A DNA stretch of 64,000 nt from an uncultured Gemmatimonadales bacterium (GTDB lineage: Bacteria; Gemmatimonadota; Gemmatimonadetes; Gemmatimonadales; GWC2-71-9). Below the pieces are notes generated by a model. It was not told the origin of the DNA, ran no database searches, and saw nothing but the letters and a program-made list of their open reading frames with translations. The stretch is taken from positions 1,088,001 to 1,152,000 of the forward strand of contig CAVYSW010000003.1 of the NCBI GenBank assembly GCA_963771275.1, in the 5' to 3' direction. How positions within the stretch are numbered: the first letter of the stretch is position 1; every line of letters starts with the position of its first letter. A program made the position numbers and the translations under genes. Shown piece by piece: positions 48,236 through 58,010 of the stretch.

Positions 48236-50143
48236 ATGGTCAGCCCTTCCCCCGTCGCGACGAAGAAGCCCAAGGCGCCCAAAGGCGCCCGGCCGGTCGT
48301 CCTCCGGGTTCCCGAGCATACCGTCGAGGTCGTCTCCGACTCCGGCGAAGGCGCGCAGAAATGCGGTCAGATCTTCGGGTCGGTCTCTGCCAAGATGGGC
48401 AACGGCGTGTGGACCGTGGAGATCATCCCCGCCGAGATCCAACCCCCCCCGCGGTCGGGCACGGGCGCCTCCGGCAACCTGATTCGGATCGGCACCAAGC
48501 CCGTCACCAACTGGGGTGACGCGGCGCATCTGGTGGTCGCGTTCAACGAGCAGGCTCTGGTCGCCCGACATCGGCTCGAGGCGCTGCACGACGATGCGAT
48601 CATCCTGGTCGAGAGCATGTGGGCGACCCACGACGACGAGGACATCCGGCGGCAGTGGGCCGAGGCGATGGACGAGCTTTCCCACCGGCGCTACACGATC
48701 ATCGGCGTGCCGATGGAGGAACAGACCCTGACCCTCACGGACAACCCGCGCCACGGGAAGAACATGTTCGTGCTGGGCATGCTCTCGTGGATCTACGACC
48801 GGGACCTCGACCTCACCCGTGACCTGATCCGCTACTCGTTCCGTCGCAAGGCGGCCGAGGTGGCGCAGCTCAACGTTGCGCTGTTGGAGCTGGGCTACCA
48901 ATGGGCCGGGGAGAATCTCGACTTCCGGATCGACGTCCCGGCGCAGAAGCCCGACAAGCCGATGATCGTAATGAACGGCAATCAGGCCCTCGCGATGGGA
49001 GCAGTGGCGTCGGGGATGGAGCTGTGTTCCATGTACCCGATCACGCCGGCGACGTCGGTTTCTCACTACCTGGGCGACATCTTCGAGGATTACGGCGGGA
49101 TCGTACACCAGGCGGAGGACGAGATCGCCGCCGCCGGCGTCGCAATCGGCGCCTCCTATGCCGGCAAGGTCGCGTTCACGGTGACGTCGGGTCCGGGCCT
49201 CGCGCTCAAGACCGAGTTCATCGGACTGGCCACCATGGTCGAAGTGCCGCTCGTGGTGCTCGACGTGCAGCGCGGCGGCCCGAGCACGGGGCTCCCCACC
49301 AAGGTCGAGCAGTCCGACCTGCTCGCCTCGGTCTTCGGCCAGCCCGGCGACGCGCCCAAGGTCGTCCTGGCGCCGGCCACGATCGAGGAGTGCTTCCACC
49401 TGGTGATCACCGCGCGGCGCGTTGCCGAGGCGCTGCGGTGCGTGGTCGTGGTGCTCACCGACGCCAACCTCGCGACCGGTGTGCAGCCGTTCTCGCGGCC
49501 CGAGGTGGACCCCCGTTGGATGTCGGTCCCACCGGATCTGAGCTCGGTCCCCGACGGCGTGAAGCCATACGACTGGGATCCGGAGCTGGGGCTCTCGCGC
49601 CGCTTCATTCCCGGCCAGCCGGGAGGCATGCACACCCTGACCGGGTTGTCGCATGATGAGGCCAGCCACGTCGCGTACGGCCCCGAGGAGCACGAGCGCG
49701 GCTGCGCCATGCGGAGCCGCAAGATCGCCGTCTTCCAGCAGACCCTGACGCCGCCCGAGATCTGCGGCGATCCCACGGGCGACCTGTTGGTCGTCGGCTG
49801 GGGCTCCACCAAGGGCGCCATCGACGAGGCGGTCGAACGGGCGCGGGCCCAGGGGCTCAAGGTCTCCTCGCTCCATCTCCGCGTGCTCTGGCCCCTGCCG
49901 TCGGGGCTCAAGGACATCTTCGCCGGGTTCCGCAAGGTCGCGACGATCGAGATCAACTACAGCGATCGGCTAGGCGACCCGCACATCACCCCGGAAAACC
50001 GGCGCATGGGGCAGCTGGCGTGGTTGCTCCGCGCGAACACCTTGGTGGACGTGGATTGCTGGACCCGCGTGCCGGGTCAGCCGCTCCGGCCCATCGGGAT
50101 TCTGGAGGGCATCCAGAGCATGATGCCCGGGAGGAAGGCGTGA
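48236..50143 (+). CDS. 2-oxoacid:acceptor oxidoreductase alpha subunit, copy 2 (divergent)
   Basis: VSDSGEGAQ, PAEIQPP, MYPITPATS, QAEDEIAA, TSGPGLALK.E, QRGGPSTGLPTKVEQ. Confidence 0.9.
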   Translation: MVSPSPVATKKPKAPKGARPVVLRVPEHTVEVVSDSGEGAQKCGQIFGSVSAKMGNGVWTVEIIPAEIQPPPRSGTGASGNLIRIGTKPVTNWGDAAHLVVAFNEQALVARHRLEALHDDAIILVESMWATHDDEDIRRQWAEAMDELSHRRYTIIGVPMEEQTLTLTDNPRHGKNMFVLGMLSWIYDRDLDLTRDLIRYSFRRKAAEVAQLNVALLELGYQWAGENLDFRIDVPAQKPDKPMIVMNGNQALAMGAVASGMELCSMYPITPATSVSHYLGDIFEDYGGIVHQAEDEIAAAGVAIGASYAGKVAFTVTSGPGLALKTEFIGLATMVEVPLVVLDVQRGGPSTGLPTKVEQSDLLASVFGQPGDAPKVVLAPATIEECFHLVITARRVAEALRCVVVVLTDANLATGVQPFSRPEVDPRWMSVPPDLSSVPDGVKPYDWDPELGLSRRFIPGQPGGMHTLTGLSHDEASHVAYGPEEHERGCAMRSRKIAVFQQTLTPPEICGDPTGDLLVVGWGSTKGAIDEAVERARAQGLKVSSLHLRVLWPLPSGLKDIFAGFRKVATIEINYSDRLGDPHITPENRRMGQLAWLLRANTLVDVDCWTRVPGQPLRPIGILEGIQSMMPGRKA

Positions 50144-51102
50144 TCCAGACTTCTTGCTCGTTCCTGACCTGCGGCCACGACGAGGACGACGACGAGCGCA
50201 GCTGGACGATGGAGGACTACGCCGGGGCGATTCCGCGCTGGTGCCCCGGGTGCGGCGACCACGCCATCCTCACGGCAGTGCAGCGCTTGCTCGAGGCCGA
50301 ACAGCTCCCTCCGGAAAAGACCGTGTTCGTGTCTGGGATCGGCTGCTCGAGTCGGTTTCCCCACTACCTCTCGACCTACGGGTTCCACGGCATCCACGGG
50401 CGGGCCCTGCCGATCGCGAGTGGGGTGAAGCTGCGGCGGCCCGACCTGGACGTGTTCGTCGTGATGGGGGACGGGGACTGCTGCTCGATCGGTGCCGGCC
50501 ACTGGATCCACGCGGTTCGGTACAACATGGACATGGTGGCACTCATGCTCGACAACGGCATGTACGGGCTCACCAAGAAGCAGACGTCGCCCACGACCCC
50601 GCAGGGGTACCCGAGCAACACGCAGCCCCGGGGAAGCCATCTCGTTCCGCTCAACCCGCTGACCGCCACGCTGGGCATGACCAACGCCTCGTTCGTGGCG
50701 CAGACGGCCGACTGGATGCCGGCGCACCTCTACGAGACCATCCGCGCGGCCTATCAGCACAAGGGCTTCTCGTTCGTCCGGATTCTGCAGCGCTGCCCGC
50801 AGTACACCAGCGATCTGTTCGAGCAGGCCGTCCGCAAGCCCGATCTGGTGGAGCTGCTGGTGCACGAGGACGGCGTGATGGCGCCCGAGCTCGAGCGGAT
50901 CTACAAGAACCGGCGGCGTCACGACCCCAAGGACCTCGACACGGCCCGTCACCTCGCCGAGGCCACCGCGCCGATCCGCCTCGGCGTGTTCTTCCGTGAT
51001 GAATCCAGACAACGCTACGAGGAGCTCCGCCGCCAGCGGGTGTACACGGCGCAGGAGAAGATCGAGCGTCTGAATCGGGAGTTCGACAAGTATGCCGTCT
51101 GA
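50140..51102 (+). CDS. 2-oxoacid:acceptor oxidoreductase beta subunit (TPP-binding), copy 2
   Basis: WCPGCGD, SGIGCSSR, HGIHGRA, GDGDCCSIG, DNGMYGLTKKQTSPT, QRCP; GTGA overlap. Confidence 0.9.
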   Translation: MIQTSCSFLTCGHDEDDDERSWTMEDYAGAIPRWCPGCGDHAILTAVQRLLEAEQLPPEKTVFVSGIGCSSRFPHYLSTYGFHGIHGRALPIASGVKLRRPDLDVFVVMGDGDCCSIGAGHWIHAVRYNMDMVALMLDNGMYGLTKKQTSPTTPQGYPSNTQPRGSHLVPLNPLTATLGMTNASFVAQTADWMPAHLYETIRAAYQHKGFSFVRILQRCPQYTSDLFEQAVRKPDLVELLVHEDGVMAPELERIYKNRRRHDPKDLDTARHLAEATAPIRLGVFFRDESRQRYEELRRQRVYTAQEKIERLNREFDKYAV

Positions 51103-52090
51103 CGATCGCCAGCAGGTCGCGATGGCCGCCCTGGCCGGCCCCCGGAATCGGTACCGCTCGGTCCTGGCAACGACGCTGGGGGAGGTCCGCGCCCATCTCG
51201 ACCGTCATCAGATGGAGGCAGACGATCGTGTGTCCCAACTCGCCGCGGAGCTGGGCGACGTGGGAAGTCGCCTGGTGAATGTGAAGCGACTCGCCTCCGT
51301 GATGCTGGCGGAGCCGGCCGTCCAGCCGGCGACGCGGGAAGCCATGCGACGGGCCCTCGCGGTGCTCGAAGACCTCGCGGCGCGAAGCGACGAGGCGTTC
51401 GCGCTTGACCTGGCGCCCGGCGAGGGCCTGTATCAGGCTGCGGCCACGTTGTTGGGCGACTTCGGGCGGGCGATGGGCGCCGCCCGGGTGGTGGATGCCG
51501 CGCGGAGCGGACGCTATCGCCCGGCCGAGCATGACCGGTATCTCCGCGCCTTCCCGTTCGGGCAGTGGAGCCAGGCCGAACGCCTGCTCGGGCCGCCGAT
51601 CGTGATCGCGCTCGACGGTGCCGACCTCCGCCCGGCCGGCCTCGCCGAGTTCCTCGACGGGAACGTGAAGATCGTGCTGATCGCCCGGGGCGAAACCTCG
51701 CCGGCTCCGCTCGTCCGCCTGATCACGCCGCACGCGTTTGTCGCGCAGACGGACGATCCGGCGGTGATCGCGCGGCTCGGCAAGACCGACGGCCCGGGTG
51801 TCGTGGCGCTGATGCCGCCCCACAGCGCGCGCTTCGTGCACGATCCCGCGGCCGGCGCCGCACTCGGGCAGCGCCTCACCGTGGGCGAGGTCCCCTCGCT
51901 CGACGGCAAGCGGCGCTCCGGACCATTCACGGCGGCGCAGCAGCGCGAGGAGCTGGATCAGCTCAAGGCGTTGCAGGCGGCGGCCGCAGCCCCAACCGGC
52001 GGTCCGCTCGTGACCGGCACGGCGGGCACGGATCCGGTCGACAAGCTCGCGGCGTGGCTGCTCCAACAGGCGGACCTGTCGGGGGCGTGA
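51092..52090 (+). CDS. Hypothetical protein; degenerate paralog of part of the PFOR TPP-binding domain
   Basis: Overlaps the upstream stop and abuts rnfB; YRPAEHDRYLRAFPFGQWSQAERLLGPPIVIALDGA aligns by eye with PFOR YDPKTHEGFFGRFDWHQFTDEEIAMCPPILAIGGDGA; no Cys. Confidence 0.8.
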   Translation: MPSDDRQQVAMAALAGPRNRYRSVLATTLGEVRAHLDRHQMEADDRVSQLAAELGDVGSRLVNVKRLASVMLAEPAVQPATREAMRRALAVLEDLAARSDEAFALDLAPGEGLYQAAATLLGDFGRAMGAARVVDAARSGRYRPAEHDRYLRAFPFGQWSQAERLLGPPIVIALDGADLRPAGLAEFLDGNVKIVLIARGETSPAPLVRLITPHAFVAQTDDPAVIARLGKTDGPGVVALMPPHSARFVHDPAAGAALGQRLTVGEVPSLDGKRRSGPFTAAQQREELDQLKALQAAAAAPTGGPLVTGTAGTDPVDKLAAWLLQQADLSGA

Positions 52091-52091
52091 C

Positions 52092-52949
52092 GTGCTGACC
52101 ACCTCGACCGTCCTCGTCTCCGGCGCGATCCTGGGCGGTGTCGGCACGTTCTTCGCCACCGTGATCGCGCTCGCCCGGAAGAAGCTCTACGTCTGGGAAG
52201 ACCCGCGCATCGACGTTCTGGCCGGGATGCTGCCGGGCGTGAACTGCGGAGCGTGCGGCCAGGCGGGGTGCCGCGCCTTTGCCGAGAGCCTCGTCCACGG
52301 GAAGATCCAGCCCGCGAATTGCACGGTCGCGACCGCCGACGCGCGTGCGGACATCGCCGGCTACCTCGGCGTCGATGTGGGCCAGGCGAGCACGCGCGTC
52401 GCGCGCTTGCTGTGCGCCGGCGGCTGCGACGTCGCGCCGTATCACGCGGACTACATCGGCTTGGAAACCTGCCGGGCGGCCGCGGCGGTGGCCGGTGGCG
52501 GCAAGAAATGCGCGTGGGGGTGCATCGGCCTCGCGGACTGCAAGGTCGCCTGCACGTTCGATGCGATCTACATGAACGACGAAGACCTGCCGGTGGTGAT
52601 CCCCGAGAAGTGCACCGCCTGCGGCGACTGCGTCGAGGCCTGCCCCAAAGACCTGTTCACGCTGATGCCGCTCGACCACAAGCTCATCGTGCAGTGCAAG
52701 AACCTGCTCGAGGGCGAGGAAGCCGATGCGGCATGCGCGGTGGCCTGCAACGGCTGTGGCCGGTGCGCGGCCGACGCGGCGCCAGGCCTTATCGAGATGA
52801 AGAACGGCCTCGCAGTCATCGACTACACCAAGTACGAACTGGCCTCGCCGGACGCCATCAAACGCTGTCCGACGGGCGCCATTGTCTGGGTCGAGGGCGC
52901 GCAGCAGTTCAAGGCGCGTCGTCCCCAGCTAGAGGGAGCGGCGGCATGA
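52092..52949 (+). CDS. rnfB: Rnf electron transport complex subunit B
   Basis: N-terminal TM; LPGVNCGACGQAGC, C.WGCIGL.DC..ACTFDAI, CTACGDCVEACP, CNGCGRC, CPTGAI. Confidence 0.95.
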   Translation: MLTTSTVLVSGAILGGVGTFFATVIALARKKLYVWEDPRIDVLAGMLPGVNCGACGQAGCRAFAESLVHGKIQPANCTVATADARADIAGYLGVDVGQASTRVARLLCAGGCDVAPYHADYIGLETCRAAAAVAGGGKKCAWGCIGLADCKVACTFDAIYMNDEDLPVVIPEKCTACGDCVEACPKDLFTLMPLDHKLIVQCKNLLEGEEADAACAVACNGCGRCAADAAPGLIEMKNGLAVIDYTKYELASPDAIKRCPTGAIVWVEGAQQFKARRPQLEGAAA

Positions 52950-55900
52950 TCCGGATTCGGAACAAGGGCGGGAACGGGAACGGCGACGACGCGAACGGGG
53001 CGAAGCCCAAGTACCCGGGTACGCGCACCGCCACCGACGGCAGCGGCGCGGTGGTCGAGATGGAGACCGCGGGGAGCGAGGGGGCGGGCGCTTACCCCAT
53101 CACGCCGTCCACGCAAATGGGCGAGGGCTGGGCCGCCGCGGTGGCGGCCGGCAAGCTCAACGTGAACGGGCGCTCGCTGATCTTCTTCGAGCCCGAGGGC
53201 GAGCACGCCGCCGCGGCGGTCACCGCCGGCATGAGCATGACGGGTCTCCGGGCCACGAACTTCTCCAGTGGCCAGGGCATCGCCTACATGCACGAGTCGC
53301 TGTACGCGGCCGTCGGCAAGCGGCTCACGTACGTGCTCAACGTCGCGGCGCGGGCGATGACCAAGCACGCGCTCAATGTGCACGCGGGACATGACGATTA
53401 CCACGCGGTGGATGACACCGGCTTCTTCCAGCTGTTCGCCAAGAACGTGCAGGAGGGCGCGGACCTCAACCTGATCGCGCACCGCATCGCCGAGTTGTCA
53501 CTCAACCCGGGCCTCGTGGCGCAGGACGGCTTCCTCACGAGCCACGTGATCGAGACGATGCTCATGCCCGAGCGCGCGCTCGTGAAGGAGTACCTCGGGG
53601 ATCCGGCGGACATCATCGAGTCGCCCACCCCGGCGCAGCGCTGGGTGTTCGGCAAGGAGCGGCGCCGCATCCCGGAGATGTTCAATCTGGACTACCCCGC
53701 CATGCTGGGAGTCGTCCAGAACCAGGACAGCTACGCGCAGGGTGTGGCGGCGCAGCGGCCGTTCTACTTCGACCACGTGCAGGCGCTGGCCGACCGCGCC
53801 ATGGCCGAGTACACCGCGCTGACGGGACGCGCCTACGCACGGGCGACGGGCTACCGGCTGGACGATGCCGAATACGTCTTGATCGGGCAGGGCTCTGTCG
53901 TGCCGAACTGCGAGGCGGTGTGCGACTACCTGCGCGACGCGCGCCGGCTCAAGATCGGCGTGCTCAACGTGACGATGTTCCGCCCGTTTCCCGCCGATCT
54001 CCTGACCCGCATGCTGCGCGGCAAGAAGGCTGTCACGGTCCTCGAGCGCACCGACCAGCCGCTGGCGGTGGACCTCCCGATGCTGCGCGAGATCCGGGCG
54101 GCCATGTACAAGGCCCTCGAGAACGGGCGCGCCGCCGGTGAGGTCCCGTATCCGGGCCTCACCGCCTGTCAGGCCGCCGAGATGCCGGACTTCTACTCCG
54201 GGTGCTTCGGGCTGGGCAGTCGCGACCTGCAGCCGGCTGACTTGATCGCGGCCGTGGACAACATGCTCGAGGGGGGCAAGCAGCGCCGCCAGTTCTACCT
54301 CGGGATCGATTTCATCCGGAAGGACACGCGCTTCCCGAAGTTGCAGATCTGGCAGGACGAGCTGCTCGAGCACTACCCGCACGTCGCCGACCTGTCGCTC
54401 CACCCGGGCGAGCCGGTAAACCTGCTGCCCAAGGGCGCAACGTCGATCCGGATCCACTCGGTCGGCGGGTGGGGCGCCATTACCACTGGCAAGAACCTCG
54501 CGCAGACCGCGGCGGACCTGCTCGGCCTCTACATCCAGGCCAATCCGAAGTACGGGTCCGAGAAGAAAGGGCAGCCCACCACCTTCTACGCGACGCTCGC
54601 CCACGAGCCGATCAAGCTCAACGCCGAGCTGAAACACGTCACGGTCGTGCTCTCGCCCGACCCGAACGTCTTCATGCACTCGAATCCGCTCGACGGGCTC
54701 GAGGAGGGTGGCGTCTTCATCATGCAGGGCGATCGCCCGCTGGCGGAGATCTGGCACGGGCTGCCGGCGACGGCGCGTCGCGCCATCGTGGAGCAGCGCT
54801 ACGAGGTCTACTTCCTCGACGGGTTCAAGATCGCGAGCTCAGAGGCCAGCGACCCGGAGCTGCGCTACCGCATGCAGGGTGCCGCCTTCATGGGCGCCTT
54901 CTTCCGCGCGGCGCCGCTCTGCAAACAAGAAGGGCTCGACGAGCAGCGCCTGTTCGAGGGCATCAAGAAGCAGCTCGTCAAGAAGTTCGGCCATCTTGGC
55001 GAAAAAGTGGTCGACGACAATGTGCGCGTCATTCGCCGCGGCTACGACGAAGTCGTGCGCCTCGATCCCGCGGCGCTCGCAGCCGAGCACGAGGAGGTTG
55101 TTGGTGCCGTGCCGCAGATGCCCGCGCTGCTGGGCGGGACCAATGTGCAGCCGGGTATCGGGCACGGTGGGCGCTTCTGGGAGCAGGTGTGCGTCCTCTG
55201 CAAGATGGGGGAGGACGGCATCGCCGATCCGTTCGCGGCGCTGTCCGCGATTCCGGCGGCGTCGAGCACGATCCGCGACATGACGAACGTGCGGTTCGAA
55301 GTGCCCGAGTTCATCCCGGACAAGTGCACCGGCTGCAGCCAGTGCTGGGTGCAGTGCCCCGATGCGGCGATCCCGGGGGTCGTGAGCGACATTCCCGAGG
55401 TGCTCGAGGCCGCCGTCCGCATGGTCGAGGCCGACCATGGGCGGCTCGACCGCGTCCGTCAGATCCTCAAGCCCCTCGCCGCCGAATCACGGCGCCTGCT
55501 GAAGGGCGTGCCGTTCACGACGTTCGCGGACACGCTGTCCACGGCGTTCCAGAACGTGGTGGAGAAGCTCAACCTCGATCCCGAGCGCACGGCGGCGCTC
55601 GACCACGAGTACGCCCCGGTCTACGCCGCGCTGGTGGATTTCCCGCTCGCCAAGACGGCACCGTTCTTCGACGTCGTCGAGAACAAGCAGAAGGGCACCG
55701 GCGGGCTGCTCTCGATCACGATCAACCCCGACGCCTGCAAGGGCTGCAACATCTGCGTCCGGGCCTGTCCGGACGGCGCGCTCACGACGGTCCGCCAGAC
55801 CGAGGAGGTCGTCGCCACGCTGCGCCGCAACTGGCGCCTCTGGCAATACCTGCCAGAGACCGACGACCGCTACGTGAATGTGGCGAACATCGACGAGGGG

Positions 55901-58003
55901 ATCGGCGTGCTGTCCTCCCTGCTGCTCAAGCAGGGCAACTACCGCTCGATGGTGGGCGGCGACGGCGCGTGCATGGGTTGCGGCGAGAAGACGGTGCTGC
56001 ACCTGGTCGTGTCGGGCATCAACGCACTGATGCTCCCGCGGGTGCGCCGCCATGTCCAGCGGATCGATGAGTTGGTGACGCAACTCGACCAGAAGGCGCG
56101 CAAGCTGCTTGCCGCGGACGCTCCGCTCACGGAGGTCGGCAAGGCCGAGGGGACCAAGGTGGAAGTGCCGATCACTGCTGCCGACAAGGCGCACGTCGAT
56201 CGTATCGCGCGCATGATCGAGGAGCTCAAGGACCTCAAATGGCGCTACACGGAGGGGCCGGGTGGCAAGGGGCGTGCGACCACCGGCATCGCGAATGCCA
56301 CGGGCTGCTCCTCCGTGTGGGGGAGCACGTATCCGTACAACCCATATCCGTATCCGTGGGTGAACCACCTGTTCCAGGACGCGCCCTCGATCGCCATCGG
56401 GCTGTTCGAGGGGAACATGCGGAAGATGGCCGACGGGTTCGCGGCGGTGCGGCGGGGCCAGCTCGAGCTCGCGGACGAGTACGACCCCAAGACCCACGAG
56501 GGGTTCTTCGGCCGGTTCGACTGGCACCAGTTCACCGACGAGGAGATCGCGATGTGCCCGCCGATTCTCGCGATCGGCGGCGACGGGGCGATGCTCGACA
56601 TCGGCTTCCAGAACCTGTCGCGGCTGCTGGCGTCCGGGAAGCCGATTCGCGTGGTCGTGCTCGATACCCAGGTCTACTCCAACACGGGCGGCCAGGCGTG
56701 CACCAGCGGGTTCACGGGCCAGGTGAGCGACATGGCCGCCTGGGGCAAGGCGCAGCACGGCAAGACCGAGACCCGCAAGGAGCTTTCGCTCCTCTCGATC
56801 GCCCACCGCAACGTGTTCGTGCTCCAGTCGTCGCAGGCCGCCTCGTCGCACCTGCTGGCCGGCGTCCTGCGTGGGCTGCAGTCACGTTACCCGGCGGTCT
56901 TCGCGCTCAACTGCCCGTGCCCGCCGGAGCATGGTCTGGGCGACGACGCCGCGACTGACGCGGCGCGGCTCGCGCTCGAGAGCCGCGCGTACCCGATCCT
57001 CACGTACGACCCGGCCGCCGGCGAATCGCTGGCCGAACGGCTGAACCTCGACGGCAATCCGATGGTGGATGAGGTCTGGCCGACCTACGACCTCAAGTAC
57101 ATCGACGAGAGCGGCCAGGAGCAGGTGATGAGCCTTCCGGTCACGATCGCCGACTGGGCGGCCACCGAGGCGCGCTTCAAGAAGCACTTCACGCCGCTGT
57201 CCAGGGACGCGGCCGAAGACGACCTGCTGCGGTTCGACCGCTATCTCGCCGCGTCTCCCGAAGAGCGCGAGGGCAAGACGCCGTTCATCTACGTGCTCGA
57301 GGACGCGCGCCGTCTCGGCAAGCTCTCGGTCTCGCACGAGATCGTCGAGTTGGCGCGGGATCGTCTGGCGCTGTGGGCGCAGCTCAAGGAGATGGCCGGA
57401 CTTGAGATCTCGCCGTCGGTGCGCGCGTCGCTGGACAGCGACCTGGCGGCCAAGCTCGAGGAGCGGGCCGGCGCGCTCAAGATGGAGCACGACAGGACGC
57501 TCGCCGACCTCAAGGCGCGCTACCCGGCGCTCGTCGCCCGGCGGCTCGTCGAAGGATTGATTCGCGCCACCGGGGACGGCAAGGAGAGCATCGGCGACCT
57601 GCTGCGCCGCGTGCAGGAGATGCCGACCCTCGAGCCGCTCAAGGTGGAGGGCGACGGCGACGGGAACGGCCACGGCGCGGCCGTGACCGCCACTCCCGCC
57701 GCTCCCGCCGCCGCTGCCGCTCCGGTGGCGGTGGAGGAGGCGGAGGAAGGCCTGGCGCTGGAGCCCTACATCCAGACCGAGTTGTGCACCGCGTGCAACG
57801 AGTGCACGAACCTCAACAAGAAGATGTTCGCCTACAACGAGAAGAAGCAGGCGTACATCAAGGATCCGCGCGCTGGCACGTTCCGTGAGCTGGTGATGGC
57901 AGCCGAGAAATGTCCGGTATCCATCATTCACCCGGCCACGCCGTTGAATCCGAAGGAGAAGGACCTCGACAAGTGGGTGAAACGCGCCGCGCGGTTCAAC
58001 TGA
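52946..58003 (+). CDS. por: Pyruvate:ferredoxin (flavodoxin) oxidoreductase, extended form (~1685 aa) with C-terminal ferredoxin domain
   Basis: YPITPS, EGEHAAA, ARAM, FRPFP, YGSEKKG, CTGCSQC..QCP, CKGCNIC..ACP, GACMGCGE, NATGCSSVWG, GGDGA, VYSNTGGQ, CPPEHG; extra CTACNEC...KCP at the C-terminus; ATGA overlap with rnfB. Confidence 0.92.
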   Translation: MIRIRNKGGNGNGDDANGAKPKYPGTRTATDGSGAVVEMETAGSEGAGAYPITPSTQMGEGWAAAVAAGKLNVNGRSLIFFEPEGEHAAAAVTAGMSMTGLRATNFSSGQGIAYMHESLYAAVGKRLTYVLNVAARAMTKHALNVHAGHDDYHAVDDTGFFQLFAKNVQEGADLNLIAHRIAELSLNPGLVAQDGFLTSHVIETMLMPERALVKEYLGDPADIIESPTPAQRWVFGKERRRIPEMFNLDYPAMLGVVQNQDSYAQGVAAQRPFYFDHVQALADRAMAEYTALTGRAYARATGYRLDDAEYVLIGQGSVVPNCEAVCDYLRDARRLKIGVLNVTMFRPFPADLLTRMLRGKKAVTVLERTDQPLAVDLPMLREIRAAMYKALENGRAAGEVPYPGLTACQAAEMPDFYSGCFGLGSRDLQPADLIAAVDNMLEGGKQRRQFYLGIDFIRKDTRFPKLQIWQDELLEHYPHVADLSLHPGEPVNLLPKGATSIRIHSVGGWGAITTGKNLAQTAADLLGLYIQANPKYGSEKKGQPTTFYATLAHEPIKLNAELKHVTVVLSPDPNVFMHSNPLDGLEEGGVFIMQGDRPLAEIWHGLPATARRAIVEQRYEVYFLDGFKIASSEASDPELRYRMQGAAFMGAFFRAAPLCKQEGLDEQRLFEGIKKQLVKKFGHLGEKVVDDNVRVIRRGYDEVVRLDPAALAAEHEEVVGAVPQMPALLGGTNVQPGIGHGGRFWEQVCVLCKMGEDGIADPFAALSAIPAASSTIRDMTNVRFEVPEFIPDKCTGCSQCWVQCPDAAIPGVVSDIPEVLEAAVRMVEADHGRLDRVRQILKPLAAESRRLLKGVPFTTFADTLSTAFQNVVEKLNLDPERTAALDHEYAPVYAALVDFPLAKTAPFFDVVENKQKGTGGLLSITINPDACKGCNICVRACPDGALTTVRQTEEVVATLRRNWRLWQYLPETDDRYVNVANIDEGIGVLSSLLLKQGNYRSMVGGDGACMGCGEKTVLHLVVSGINALMLPRVRRHVQRIDELVTQLDQKARKLLAADAPLTEVGKAEGTKVEVPITAADKAHVDRIARMIEELKDLKWRYTEGPGGKGRATTGIANATGCSSVWGSTYPYNPYPYPWVNHLFQDAPSIAIGLFEGNMRKMADGFAAVRRGQLELADEYDPKTHEGFFGRFDWHQFTDEEIAMCPPILAIGGDGAMLDIGFQNLSRLLASGKPIRVVVLDTQVYSNTGGQACTSGFTGQVSDMAAWGKAQHGKTETRKELSLLSIAHRNVFVLQSSQAASSHLLAGVLRGLQSRYPAVFALNCPCPPEHGLGDDAATDAARLALESRAYPILTYDPAAGESLAERLNLDGNPMVDEVWPTYDLKYIDESGQEQVMSLPVTIADWAATEARFKKHFTPLSRDAAEDDLLRFDRYLAASPEEREGKTPFIYVLEDARRLGKLSVSHEIVELARDRLALWAQLKEMAGLEISPSVRASLDSDLAAKLEERAGALKMEHDRTLADLKARYPALVARRLVEGLIRATGDGKESIGDLLRRVQEMPTLEPLKVEGDGDGNGHGAAVTATPAAPAAAAAPVAVEEAEEGLALEPYIQTELCTACNECTNLNKKMFAYNEKKQAYIKDPRAGTFRELVMAAEKCPVSIIHPATPLNPKEKDLDKWVKRAARFN

Positions 58004-58010
58004 GGGCCGG

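Noticed and set aside
52253..52945. Apparent 1916-aa PFOR with a long N-terminal extension
   Set aside because: The extension is an alternate frame of rnfB; the real start is ATG 52946 with GGAG SD and ATGA overlap
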